Of a DNA stretch of 64,000 bases, positions 12,858-25,787 are shown piece after piece. Made by a program: the position numbers and the translations under genes. Each line of letters starts with the position of its first letter. Positions within the stretch are counted from its first letter, which is position 1. The stretch spans positions 18,228,001 to 18,292,000 of the forward strand of contig NC_043020.1 of NCBI RefSeq assembly GCF_006345805.1, read 5' to 3'. The stretch is from Octopus sinensis (Eukaryota). The notes below the pieces were generated by a model. The model was not told the DNA's origin and did no database searches. It saw only the letters and a program-made list of their open reading frames with translations.

Positions 12858-13394
12858 AACAGAAAGATTGTATCTTAGAACCAGGAATAGTCTCAGATGG
12901 TTTGGTATCAAAAGAGCCAAGGTTCAAAAAGACGTGCATCATGGAGTTCCTTCACCCTTTAGTTTTTTAATATTTAAGCAATGGATATAAGTAATACTCA
13001 TCTCTCCCCTATCCCCTCTCTCTAAGCTCTACTCACAAGAGGAATGAAACACAAGACTACATTAATGATTCTCTAATTTATAGTAATGCAGCTGCTCACA
13101 AAGAAGGTGAGCTGTTTTTTTCTGCCATGTGGTATCAGGTGCCCTGTTTACAGTTAAGTGAACCAAGTGTTTTTGTCATTGACACATCAGTAACTCTCAA
13201 TCCATTTACAAAAACTTAAGCGTGACCTTACGTCAGTGTAATTAAATAAGCAATAAATAACAAACTTACTGAATATCCTAAGGAAATGTTGATTCCTTGC
13301 ATAAGCATGAGGGAAAATGTTCACTACAAAAGAAAGAAAAAAAATACAAGATGAAAATCATGTCATGAACTCAGCTTACTCTCTCCTCCTTTTT

Positions 13395-13797
13395 TCATCA
13401 TCATCAACTTTATCATTTAATGTTCACTTTCCCGTGCTTGCATGGGTTGGTCAAAGTCTGAGGTTGATTTTTGTGGTTGGATGCCCTCCCTGTCACCAAC
13501 CCTCATTTGTTTTCAAGCAAGGTAATATTTCTCCATTGCCAGACATGTTCTCACAGAATATTGGAAACGAATAACACTGCTTGTATATGACAAGTCACAC
13601 TCATTTACAACAATCACACAAAGTCAAGACAAACACACACAAACGAGCTTCTTTCAGTTTCCATCAACCAAATCCACTCACAAGGTTGGTCCAGGGCTAC
13701 AGTAGAAGATGCTCACCCAAAGTGCCACACAATGGGACTGAACCCAGAGCTATGTGGCTGGGAAGCAAACTTGTTACCACACAGCCACACCTGTACC
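13395..13797 (-). mobile_element. SINE with family-A head and RTE-type tail (A' subtype)
   Basis: Family-A head at 13640-13797 joined to a tail reading 'ggagggcatccaacc...atgcaagcacgggaaagtgaacattaaatgat' on the minus strand. Confidence 0.7.
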
Positions 13798-14208
13798 TCT
13801 TTATAGCATTAAATAATTTTCTAATTTCAAATTATTTAATCATGACTTTGGGGAGGGGTAGGTATGGTACACGTTAAAAAAGTGGTAGAAGAAAAATATT
13901 TTAAAAAATACTAGTCAAGTACAAGGGGTTGATGTAATCAACTAACTCCATTCTCTCTAAATTAGAAACACTTTTAGATAAACATAAATGGAAATGAAAA
14001 GGTAAAAAATTAATTTTAATGGTATAAAATGAGAGGGGAGATGAATTCGATTAGCAGACATACAACTAAATCAGAAATAATAGCTGAAGAACCCCAAATA
14101 AAATTAGAGAAGAAAAAGAAAATTAAATAATTTTTCAGTATATTAGATTACATAAATACAGAGAAAGATAAGAGGGGGGGGGGCATAATTATAAATATAT
14201 ATCTGGAC

Positions 14209-14590
14209 AGGCACAGGCATGACTGAGTGGTAAGAAGCTTGCTTCCCAACCACATGGTTCTAGGTTCAGTTCCAATGTGTGGCATCTTAGGCAAGTGTCT
14301 TCTGCTACAGCCTTGGGCTGACCAAAGCCTTGTGGGTGGATTTCGTACACAGAAACTGGAAGAAGTTTGTCATATGTGTGTGTGTGTGTGTGTATTTGTC
14401 CTCCATCTCCACTTAACAACTATGTTGGTATGTTTACATCCCTGTAACTTAGCAGTCTAGCAAAAGCGATTGACATAAGTACCAGATTTAAAACAAAAAA
14501 AAAAAAGTATTGAGGTGTCAATTCATTTGACTAAAAAATTCAAGGTGGTACCCCAGCATGGCCAGAGTAAAAGATAAAACATAAGACATA
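14209..14590 (+). mobile_element. SINE family A
   Basis: ggcacaggcatgactgagtggtaagaagcttg...ggttcagttcc...ccccagcatggcc...aaaagataaaa. Confidence 0.8.
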
Positions 14591-14649
14591 AACAAATCTT
14601 GTGCCACTAATATAAATTATTATAAGGGCATATATAGCTGGATTTATGG

Positions 14650-15045
14650 CCACTGCTGGAGGCACCACCATCCACCATTACCACCAACAGCAAAGACAAA
14701 ATGACTACCATTGTGGTACCATCAGTATTATCCACAAGCACTATTGCAGTTATCCCCCTTCATCATTATCATCAACACAAAACCACCACCACCACCACCA
14801 CCACCACCACATTCATCACAACTACCCCCATTGCAGCCTTTTGTCTTGCTCTCAACCATCAGCATCATCATTACCACCACCTTAACTACAGCCTGTTTCG
14901 CCACTGCCACCACCACCACCATCACCAGCACAATGAGTACCACTTCTATCACATTATTCACATTATACACAATTACCATCACTGCAGCTATCACAACCAT
15001 CATCATCATCACCACCACCAGCACCACTACCAATAACAATACAAT
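14650..15045. repeat. Degenerate (CAC/CAT)n trinucleotide low-complexity tract
   Basis: Runs of caccaccac and catcatcat; overlapping His-, Thr- and Pro-rich ORFs arise in all frames. Confidence 0.85.
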
Positions 15046-15075
15046 GAAGGATGAACCAACAAAGAACCTCTACAT

Positions 15076-15319
15076 CAGTGATTCTCAGCCAGGGTCCATA
15101 TGACCCTTGGTGGGGGTTGGGAGCCATATAAATTTTGTAGCTAAAATTTATGTACGACAGAGAAAACACCTTAATTTTTTTTATACAATTCCTAATAATA
15201 GTTAATTATAAAAATATAAGATATTTTTAAACATCAAATGGCAATGAGAGGGACCACCAGAGTCAAATAGAAGTCAAAGGGAGCCATAGGTAAAATATTT
15301 AAAAAATGGCTGAGAACTG
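15076..15319 (+). mobile_element. hAT-type MITE
   Basis: TIRs cagtgattctcagcc / ggctgagaactg; 8-bp TSD ctctacat / ctctatat. Confidence 0.85.
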
Positions 15320-15329
15320 CTCTATATGG

Positions 15330-15750
15330 TCAATCAATCTTCTAGAAATAGCAGCCAAACTTCCCTGAAATCACTATACTCTCTTAAAAAGGAAAGAACA
15401 GACACTCTAGATGTTGGTTAATGTCGTCCTGGGGGCAATTAGTATAACTAGTAAAAGAGAAAAAAAGACATGATGGCTATGGCAAGAATGCTTTTGATCA
15501 TAAGTCTGTCCCACCAGAGCTGACCTGGGGTTAAATAACACAATGAGAAAGCCATTACACGCCATTCAATTTGCTAAAAATAACAGACAAATCTTCCTCA
15601 AACAACAACCATGTAGTATAACGACTGGACACAGAAGATAATGAAGGCAAACTTAGATATAACTCTAAAAAGGCAGGAGGGACATGGCTGAAACGCGACT
15701 GACTACAGATTTGTTTAATTAGGTTTGAACCTGAGGGCTAATCAACAGTA
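15330..15750 (+). mobile_element. Two tandem copies of an unclassified ~200-bp repeat (family H, 'ctagaaatagcagccaaa...gctaaacaac')
   Basis: Similar copies at ~23620-23790 and ~28390-28540, and on the minus strand at ~4690-4860 and ~42670-42835. Confidence 0.6.
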
Positions 15751-15879
15751 ACAAATAATACTGTCCAGCTCAACAACCACCACAACCATCAACATTAGTC
15801 ACCAGTATTGCAGCTATCATCATCATCATCATCATCATCGCCACCACTACCATTATCATTAATAGTAGTGCAACTAACA

Positions 15880-16305
15880 AGATATGATGAATACAAACAA
15901 GTGAAAGAAAGAGAGAGAGAGGGACAAAGAGAATGAGAAACAAAGAGAGAGAGACAGACAGAGAGAAACAGAATAGAGATGACAAAACTCCACAACAAAC
16001 ACACATACACATACATAGATATAAACCCCACATACACAAGCACACATACACGCATACATACATATATATAGACGCACATACACATGCACAGAGAAAGAAA
16101 GACTGGTGACTACAAATTAGCTTAGTATCTGAAAGCAGCAAGTAAAAAGCCAGGAGCTATGTGTGTTACAGGAATGATTTGTAAACTGCAGACATACAAC
16201 ACACCATCACAATCCTCACTCTGTGTGTGTGTGGTGTGTGTGTGTGTGTGCAGTGTTTACTTGTTTTTTTTTGTTTTTGTTTTTGAATTTTTTTTTTAAT
16301 GTGTT

Positions 16306-16336
<31 letters not shown>

Positions 16337-16909
16337 TATGGAGGGAAGGATGAGAAGAGGAGGAAATTTGAAGTGGGGGTGGGGGGTGGATAAGGTAAAG
16401 AGAAATGAAACGAGATGAGATGAGACAGAGAGGCTAGATCTGAAGTAACAGCCAAGTTGAAGTGTGCGTGCATGCGTGCATGTGTGTGCGTGTTTGCTTC
16501 TTGTGGAGGGAAAGGAGCAGAAGAGGAGAGGAATAACGAAGGGGAGAGGGTGAGACAGAAAGGCCAGGACTGAAGTAAGAGAGCCAAGCTATCTTAAACC
16601 GACAGCTGCACAACATACATAATAATCATCAACATAATTAATAAATATAAAAGAAAAAAAAGAAAAGAAAAAGGAGAGTGTGTGTGAGAGAATGACAGAG
16701 GGGGAGTGTGAGGGGAAAGTGGGTGAACAAACAGAAAATGTAGGAGATTGAGAAGAAAATGGAAATGATAGAAGAGCAAAGCTGTCAGTGTGTGTGAGAG
16801 AGGGAGAGGGGGGAGAGAGGGAGAGACAAGGAGGTGGGGGAAGACTGGTAAAAAAAAAAGTAATGTAAAACAAATTGGTCTAAAAAGAGAGATAAAATAT
16901 GAGAATGAG

Positions 16910-16947
<38 letters not shown>

Positions 16948-17540
16948 CAAACAGATATAAAGAATATGAAGGAGAGGTTGAGTGAAGTGAAAGATTATGG
17001 AAGAGAAGAGAGAAAGAGCTGAAAGAGAGTAAGAGAAGAATTATGAAGGAAGAGGGGTTAAGCCAGACAGGGAGAGTAAGAGAGAAAATAAGAGAGAGGG
17101 GTCTGGAAATAAAAAGAAAAGGATAAGAAAATACAGAAAAAATACAGAGAGGTAGGGAGAGAGAGAGAGGGGGGGACAATACTCTAGAAAGAGAAAGAGA
17201 GGGGTTTTAAGAAGAGCTAGTAAAAAATGTGTGTGTGGAGAGAGAGAGAGAGAGAGAGAGCAGGGAAACAATATATAGCAAGAGAAAAGGGAGGCAGTTT
17301 AGAAAGAGGTAGTAAAAAATGTGTCAGAGAGAGAGAGAGAAAGATAGAGAGTGAAAAAGGGCAAGTGTGTGATAGGTAAGAGTAAAAGATAAGAGAGAAA
17401 ATGCATCAGAGAGAGAGAGAGAGAGAGAGAGAGGAAGAGATAAAAAACAAGAGGAAAGTGAATGTAAATGATATAAATAGTTTACAAATAATAATAAAAG
17501 AAATTAAGAAAGAACAAAATAAAAGAAGAAAACTGCAGAT
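15880..17540. repeat. Strand-asymmetric purine-rich tract with (GA)n and (GT)n microsatellites, free of TEs
   Basis: Plus strand is mostly A/G over 16330-17540; several (GA)n runs. Confidence 0.8.
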
Positions 17541-18106
17541 GAAAGCAGTTTCTAATGGCCCGAAATTCTAAGAATGGACAGTTAGCAACCAATATTGATA
17601 ACAACTTGCTAGAAACTGGTTTGGTTTGACCATAACAACAACTATACATAACTTTACAGGTAGGGCTGTTCTCATTGTTGTTGTTTTACTAGTTTTTCCT
17701 TGTATTTTTATAAAGTTATATGCTTCTTTTTTTTTCTCTCCTTACATCTAATTTTTTTTTTTTTCCTGTATCATTTACATTAATTCCAACAGAAGGACAG
17801 ATACTCTTGGAACTTTGGTAAGAATTTTTCTACATCTTGCTGATTCTTCTGTGCCTTACAGTCAGTGATATGCATTAGCTTGGCTAATTCAATCGTTCTG
17901 GAGTAACAACACATTCTTCCGTTGTAATGCGTGTATATATATATACATACATGCATTTTACATCATCATAGGAATACATTATATAAATAGATATGCAAAT
18001 ACATTTATATACATATGTACACACACACACACATGCATATACACTTTCACAGACACACTTTTATTCATGCATGTATACACACATCTGTCTGTCCAGGGGT
18101 GCCTAC

Positions 18107-18177
18107 AATATATATATATATATATACATATATATATAATATATTATATATTATATATATAATATACTATATATATT

Positions 18178-18214
<37 letters not shown>

Positions 18215-18220
18215 TATATT

Positions 18221-18260
<40 letters not shown>

Positions 18261-18291
18261 CATATATAATATATATACATATATATATTAT

Positions 18292-18323
<32 letters not shown>

Positions 18324-18409
18324 CATATATATATTATATATTATATATATATATATATATACATATATATATTTAATATATATATATATATAATATATAC
18401 ATATATATA

Positions 18410-18447
<38 letters not shown>

Positions 18448-18531
18448 TATATTTATATAATATATAATATATATACATATATATACATATATATATTTAT
18501 ATATATATATATATATATACATATATATATT

Positions 18532-18564
<33 letters not shown>

Positions 18565-18609
18565 ATATACATATATATATTTATATTATATATATACATA
18601 TATATATTT

Positions 18610-18649
<40 letters not shown>

Positions 18650-19032
18650 ATATATATATATATATACATAATATGAAGGGTGAAATTAATTAATTTGGAA
18701 AAATTATCAATTACACCAAGTAGTCTTCGGCATGTAAAAGCCTCATTCGAGGAAAATTTAAGTAATACTAAGCAATAAGGGTTTAGCAACGAGTTGCCTT
18801 ACCACATACCGAATTTAGAAATAGCAGTCAAAGGGTTATAGCTATTTCTTCTACTAAAAAGGGAGATCTCAGTAAAAAACAGCAATGCTGTTTTTACTGA
18901 GATCTCCCTTTTTAGTAGAAGAAATAGCTATAACCCTTTGACTGCTATTTCTAAATTCGGTATGTGGTAAGGCAACTCGTTGCTAAACCCTTATTGCTTA
19001 GTATATATATATACATATAATATATATATATA

Positions 19033-19076
<44 letters not shown>

Positions 19077-19093
19077 TATTTATATATATATCA

Positions 19094-19127
<34 letters not shown>

Positions 19128-19345
19128 CATATATATATATACACATATATATATATATATACATATATAATATACACATATATATATATATATACATATA
19201 TATATACATATATATAATATATATATTATATATATATATATATAATATACATATATTATATATATATATATATAACATATATATATATATATATATACAC
19301 ATATATATATATATATATACATATATATATACACATATATATATC
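18107..19345. repeat. ~1.2-kb (TA)n-derived microsatellite interrupted by a palindromic insert
   Basis: Direct inspection. Confidence 0.95.
18675..19004. mobile_element. Tail-plus-palindrome element in (TA)n (arms ~18765-18884 and ~18886-19004)
   Basis: ~120-bp arms identical apart from a 1-nt indel in an A run; 1-nt centre; ~90-bp tail resembling that of 7495-7799. Confidence 0.9.
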
Positions 19346-19944
19346 TCATGAGTACTACCCTTCTTCCACTGACTAGGCAATAAAAAAACATATTCATACA
19401 CATCATCTCACCATAACCATCAGTTTACATCTGCTATTCCCTACTGACATGGTTTGGGTAGGTTTTCTGAAACTTAGCATAGAAGAATGTCATGTTCCTG
19501 TTTAAAGTCAGCATACATGTGTGTGAATGCGTATATATAATATATATATATATATCTTGCACTTGTTTCTGTCATTACACTGCAATGATGCTGGGATGCT
19601 ACTTTGAAGAATTTTTTCAGTTGAATGTATTGATCCCAGCACTTTATATTTCTAAAGTCTGGTACTTATTCTATTGGTCTCATTTGCAAAATCGCTAAGT
19701 CACAGGTAGCAAACAGACCAGCATTGATTGTCAAGTGGTGACAGGGAACAAACACTGACAGAAAGACACACACACACACACACACACACCCAGGTAGATG
19801 CTTCCGTCTACGAAGTCGGCTCACAAGCCTTTGGTTGGCCTGAACATGGAACAATGTGGTTGGGAAACAAGCTTATTACCACACAGCTACATCTGTGCCG
19901 ATATATACATACATATGTATTTATGTGTGTGTGTGTGTGTGTGT

Positions 19945-19990
<46 letters not shown>

Positions 19991-20021
19991 TATATATATA
20001 TTATATATATATATATACTTA

Positions 20022-20075
<54 letters not shown>

Positions 20076-20837
20076 GTATCAAAAGGATGCATTATAATAC
20101 TATTACACAGCCATACCAACAATTGAGTAATACTTGTATGTGTATATGTGATATATATATATATATACATACACACACACATACATATATATATACATAC
20201 ATACATATATATACATAGATATATATATGTATACACACACTTTATATACATATACATAGACATACAGACATATGCATTTTATACATATACAAATATGTGT
20301 ATGTGTGTGTATATGTTTGTGCGTCTGTGTTTGTCCCCCAACTCCACCACCATTTGACAACTGATGTTGGTGTGTTTATATATATATATATATATACACA
20401 CACTTGTATGCATGTATGTGCTGGGGCACTTCCTTGAAGGATTTAGTTAGAGATCTCAGTCACTGTTGCCGAACTGCTAAGTCACAGGAATGTTAACAAA
20501 CCAACACCAACAGAGACAAGTACACACACTTAGAGTTTCTTTCTCCAATATTCACTCATAAAGCTTTCATTGGCCTGAGGCTATAGTAAAAGACACTTGT
20601 CTTGCAAGTCCATCTAGCAATAAATAGGTACCATGAGTAGGTGCAACTCAGTAATCTAGTAGCAAAAACACAGTAGGCTGGCATTGCTCAGGCAAAATCC
20701 TGTATGTCTATAATTTAGAGATAGCCAAGTTCTGGCAGTTTAACTTGCCCTGGATACACTACAAGGTCTTCAACAGAATGCCAGTGACTTCGCAAGTTGC
20801 TGAACATGCAATTTTAAACTGGTTTGGCTTGAGTCAT

Positions 20838-21208
20838 CAACATCAAAATAAAAATCAAATGGAAATTGTAGTTGTGATACCCGTGCCGGTGGTACGTAAA
20901 AAGCACCATCCGAACGTGGCCAATGCCAGCGCCGCCTTGACTGGCGTCTGTGCCGGTGACACATAAAAAGCACCAACTGATCGTGGCCGTTCGCCAGCCT
21001 CCTCTGGCCCCTGTGTCGGTGGCATGTAAAAAGCACCCACTACACTCATGGAGTGGTTGGCGTTAGGAAGGGCATCCAGCTGTAGAAACACTGCCAGATC
21101 AGATGGGAGCCTGGTGCAGCCTCCTGGCTTCCCAGACCCCGGTCGAACCATCCAACCCATGCCAGCATGGAAAACAGACGTTAAACGATGATGATGATGA
21201 TGATGATG
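20838..21208 (+). mobile_element. RTE-tailed repeat family C with internal tandem units, young copy
   Basis: Three units of 'gtgccggtggcacgtaaaaagcacc', then ggcgttaggaagggcatccagctgtagaaac...gacgttaaac(gat)n. Confidence 0.85.
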
Positions 21209-22061
21209 CTTGAGCTGGTTGTGCTGGAATTTGAAGAATATTAAGATATGTCAAACAAAACCAAATAACAGCCAGTGGATAATATGTAGAAAAAGGGCAG
21301 TGCCTGTAGAGCTTGCAACCCCCATCGAATTTGTGAGTTCAATAGAGTTGATATCCTGTTGAACATCAGCCGATGTTGAGATACACCACTATCATCATGT
21401 AAGCATCCACTTTTCCATGCTGGCATGGGTTAGATGAAACTTGTTGAGGTGGATTTTCGGTGGAAAGATGCCTTTCTTATCACCAATCCTTATTTGTTTC
21501 CAAATAAGATAATATTTTCCCTAGTCCTTTGAAAACAAGCACAATGGCAGGACATGTTTTCACAGAAGACTGCAAACAAATGACACTGTTTTTGTACGAA
21601 CAGTAACTTTGTTAACAATCAGCATGCAAATGTCAAGACAAGAAGAGAGAATCAAAGCAAACTTTTTTTCTAGAAAAATATACCAAAGAAAATTTTAAAT
21701 AATCAGAGATGTTCAGATTTCGCAAGAGAAGAAAACATAAAAACACTATATTGAACATTTTGCCTTCTTGTGCAGCAGATGTAGCAAATCCTGTTCCCCT
21801 CATGAAACAGGTGAACAATTTGTGAGCCACTGAGGGCTCACAAATCAGAACTCAAATCAAAATTTAATCATTTAAAAGTGCCAGAAAGGACGTTAAGGTA
21901 CACCGTGGATTTTAAAAAATATATATAACTTAAGGCTTAATAGCCTTAAATTATATCTTAACCCATTTGATATCAACCTGCCTGAGGGCATCGCACAATT
22001 CTATGATACTAACTTCTTGTTTTAAAGTGATCTAAATCAAAACCTTCCAGCAAACAGTAAG

Positions 22062-22578
22062 TTGAATAGTGCCAAATACATCCAGTTGCTGAACAACAAT
22101 TTGATACCAGACTTGGATGAAGGTGAGATTTTTCAGCATGACAGAACACCATGCCACAGATCACATGCAACACAACAGAGTGTGGCTGATGAAGGTGTTA
22201 CCATATTGAAAGACTGACCAGCTCAGAGCCCTGGCTTAAATATCATCGAGCAAGTATGGATAGAAATAAAGAGAAGAGTTCATCAGAAGAATCCATGCAA
22301 TCTTGAAGAGTTGTGGGTGCTCAGCAACAGGGAATGGCATCTCATATCTGTGAAGATTTGTATGCATCTCTTCCCAGGTGCATTGAAGCAATTATTCAAG
22401 CTAAGGGAAGCCTCACAAAATATTAACAATGTACTGTAACTTTATGTAATAAACATAACATAAAGTTGAATAGAAGTGAACATTATGTAATGAATCTTTA
22501 TTATAGACATTTTTCTGTTTAAAACATTGTATCTTAATTGGTTTATGTGAGGTGATTGAGAACTTTTGCACAGCCATT
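22062..22578 (+). pseudogene. Tc1-family (DD34E) transposase C-terminal relic with probable right TIR
   Basis: Translates LNSAKYIQLLNNNLIPDLDEGEIFQHDRTPCH...KD*PAQSPGLNIIEQVWIEIKRR...LEELW...EW, then after a frameshift ...IIQAKGSLTKY* (stop 22424-22426). Matches the Tc1 FQQDNAPCH / SPDLNPIE / KG..TKY motifs. Confidence 0.9.
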
Positions 22579-23149
22579 TTTGGTGGTCATCTCACATCTT
22601 CCCCTTTCATTCAGAACCCCTACTACAAAATATAATGATTAGGTATGGAAATGACTCCAAAAGAGCCAATGTAAAAAAATGCAATGTGAAACATCCACCT
22701 CTAAGTTAACTTATAAGTGCACTGAATTGCATTGCATACATGACAGGATTCCAGTTTTCATCCAGCAAATTCACTCACAAGGCACTGATCAGCCCTGGGC
22801 TAAAGTAGAATATACCTGTTCAGTCCCACTGCAATGCGGTGGGATTGAACCTAAAACAACAAGAATGCAGAGCAAGTTTCTTAACCACATAGCCATGCCA
22901 GTTTTCATCCTTTAAATTTTTTATACTTTCCATACTTGTTTGATCTCCAGTGCACCACAAAAGTTAAAAAAGATTTTGAGAACCATTACACTGGAAAATG
23001 TAATCCTAGTCACACTTTGTCTGAATAAAAGATAAGACAGTCGCATCTGGAATTCTTTTGATCATAAGTCTGCTCAATCAAGGCTGATTTCAGAGTAAAC
23101 AACAGAAGCACACGTAAAATTTATGTTGATGATGATAGTGATGATGATG

Positions 23150-23180
<31 letters not shown>

Positions 23181-24449
23181 GGGGGAGGAAGAACAAGATC
23201 ATGATAATAATGATTTCAAATTTTGGCACAAGGCCAGTAAATTTGAGGGAAGAAGCTAGTCAGTTACATTAAACCCCAGTGCTCAGCTGATGATACCTAT
23301 TTTATGAACCCTGAAAGGATGAAATGACAACAAGTTGACCGTGGCGGAATTTGATCTCAGAACATAAAGATCAACAAAATGCTGTATAGCATTTTGCACA
23401 GCATGCTAACAATTCGAGTGAATGTGTAAAAAGCAAAATAAGAATCTTGAAAGAAGTATCTATGAAACTAGCTTTTAAACGTCGAATAGCTAAGGGGGTC
23501 CACCAGAATATAAAATAGTAACCAAAGGGGTCCATATATGAAAAAAAATGGTTGAGAACAATTGCTCTAAACAAAGACAGCTATTACATTCAATAACTTT
23601 TATAACAAGCCAAAGAGGAAGCCTCTACATCATCATTTGATTTGCTAGATATAGCAACCAAATGTCTTTCAAATTACACCTTGATATCTTATGAGGTGAA
23701 GAATACATTGGATGAATACAACAAGACATGGTCGCAATAGGAATGCTTATGATCATAAATCTACTCATTGAGGACTAACAGGGGAACTCAATGCCAAAAT
23801 GTCATTCAATGCTTCTTATCTGAACTGATTAGATGACATATAGTGGTTACAGGTGTAGAAGCTGTCACCATGCAAAGGTGTGATATATCATGTACTGAAG
23901 TTTGCCACCAGGATAATTTTGTAATGCCAACTAAATTATAGCATTTAAACTGGCTATATCCAGCCTAAATATTCTACCAGTTTTATGCCCAAACAGCTAG
24001 ATCTGGCCTATCACACTGACCCAACAATGTCATTCTAAAACTACACAATCATATCATTGAAATTCTAAAGCTATATGATTAATTCTTATATGATTAATTT
24101 TGAAGCTATATGATAAATTCCAAGCAGTGTGAATAAATAAGCATTACATTTGGCAGAATGATCTAAACAAACAGGAAAGAAATATTTTGAAAACCACTCA
24201 TTGCTCAACCAAAATAACAGAACATATATATTATGTTTTATTTGTTTCAGTAACTGTGCTGTAGCCATGCTGGGGTTACTACCTTGAAGTGTTTAAGTCA
24301 TACGAATCAACCCGAGTACTTAATTTTTTAAAAGCCAAGTACTTATTCTATTGGTCTCTTATGCTGAACCACTAAGTTACAGGGACATAAACAAACCAAT
24401 ACCAACTATCAAGTGGTGGTGAGGGACAAACACAAACACATACACACTT

Positions 24450-24668
24450 TGTGTAGCAAAGATCGACAAAACTTAGTCAGACAGCAAACGCAGAATCTGC
24501 AGGAAAGGAGACAAGAATATCAATCACATTTTGAGTGAGTGCTGAACACTAGCACACAAAGGGAATACAAGTGCAGACATGACTGTGTAGGCAAAAGAGT
24601 GCATTGGGATGTTAGTCGAGTATGTGGTTTCAAAACAACAGAAAAGTGGTATGAACACAAACCAGAGG
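24450..24668 (+). pseudogene. RLE-type non-LTR retrotransposon relic (R4/Dong-like), zinc knuckle plus RHD region
   Basis: RICRKGDKNINHILSEC*...REYKCRHDCVGKRVHWDVSRVCGFKTTEKWYEHKPE; decayed CCHC followed by RHD and KWYEHxPE. Confidence 0.8.
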
Positions 24669-24674
24669 CTGAGA

Positions 24675-24870
24675 TAGAGTGTCTTCTCAAACACAGCAAA
24701 CTGCCAGGAGTTTTGGTCCCCTGTCATCCCCTCTGTGAAACCCAACATTTGCAGATCACTTCTCACCACTTTGTCTTCTTGGGTTTATCCCTTCCACATG
24801 TTCTCTCTACTATTAGAGATCGGCACCTCTTGATGTAACTATCCTCAGTCATATGCATTGAGAAAGAAAA
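24675..24870 (-). pseudogene. RTE-clade LINE ORF C-terminal relic
   Basis: ...LIVERTCGRDKPKKTKW / VRSDLQMLGFTEGMTGDQNSWQFAV matches the typical RTE end 'G.RGRP.KTW...V..DL...DR..WR'. Confidence 0.75.
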
Positions 24871-25579
24871 TGACCATGTGGTGACTACCATCTTTTGCCA
24901 GATTGCCAAGTTATAGGACATAAACCAGCACTGGTCGTCAAGTGGTAGGAGAGACAAATACATGTACATACAGTTTCCTCCAACCAAAATATACCCACAA
25001 AGCTTTGGTAGGAGGAGATACAAGTAATTGTACACTCTAACTTGGCCCTTTCATGACTAAATTTGGAATAAATTATCTGCATACATATTTCAGTTAATTT
25101 TTAATATAATCAGATGTTGAAGGAACTTACTAAGCTTTCTGTAACTTTATATAAAAGTACATTATGCAGGTATTGACCAACAGAAATCTCATAATCTGAT
25201 TCATATTTTAACCCTTTAACATTCAAATTTCTTTGAGAAATGTATTGCTTATTTATTCACATTGTTTTGAATTAATTATGCATTACCTTATAGCTTTGAG
25301 ATTTTGATGATGTGATTGTTTATTTTTAGAAGGACAGTGTAGGGTAGGTGTGAGAGACCTTATGGCTGGTTTGAACATAAAACAGGTAAAATATTTGGGC
25401 CATATATGGCCAGTTTAAATGCTAAAGGGTGAAAAAGATTTTGATGAAGATTTATAATTTGAATATTTAAATATAATTTAGTACAGACAGTCTCAGGCAG
25501 GTTGATATTAAAAGGGTTAAGAATGAATTTCTAAACATACTGCTAGTAATCAAACCACACTAGTTTCTGAACATAGCAT

Positions 25580-25787
25580 TTAACCCTTTCATTACCATAT
25601 TTCTATTAAATTACTTTGCCTTTGTTTCAATTAATTTTGAAAATAACAAAGAATTCAGTAAAATAACTGGCATTCTTAAGCTGAGACATAAATTAACATG
25701 AAATTATGATAGACGTTTAAACCAGGAAGTTTGATTCGTATAACCAAGAGTGGTCCCAGGAGGGTTGGAATTAAGAAAGAGGGTTAA
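25580..25787 (+). mobile_element. piggyBac-type MITE family F
   Basis: TTAA|CCCTTTC ... GAGGG|TTAA; internal similarity to 44596-44824. Confidence 0.75.

Noticed and set aside
14646-15169. His-, Pro- and Thr-rich overlapping ORFs
   Set aside because: Open in nearly all frames on both strands because of (CAC/CAT)n; no splice or domain support.
17793-17817. 25-nt plus-strand AG/GT-flanked micro-exon
   Set aside because: Too short to evaluate, and such flanks are expected by chance in 64 kb.
18015-20360. Many 60-150 aa Y/I/C/V/H/T-rich ORFs (also at 28.6, 29.5, 36.3, 37.3, 45.7, 54.7 and 63.3-64 kb)
   Set aside because: Translations of (TA)n/(CA)n microsatellites that lack stop codons; no protein-like complexity.
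21620-21850. Possible transposase or exon fragment
   Set aside because: No recognisable motif in the frames examined.
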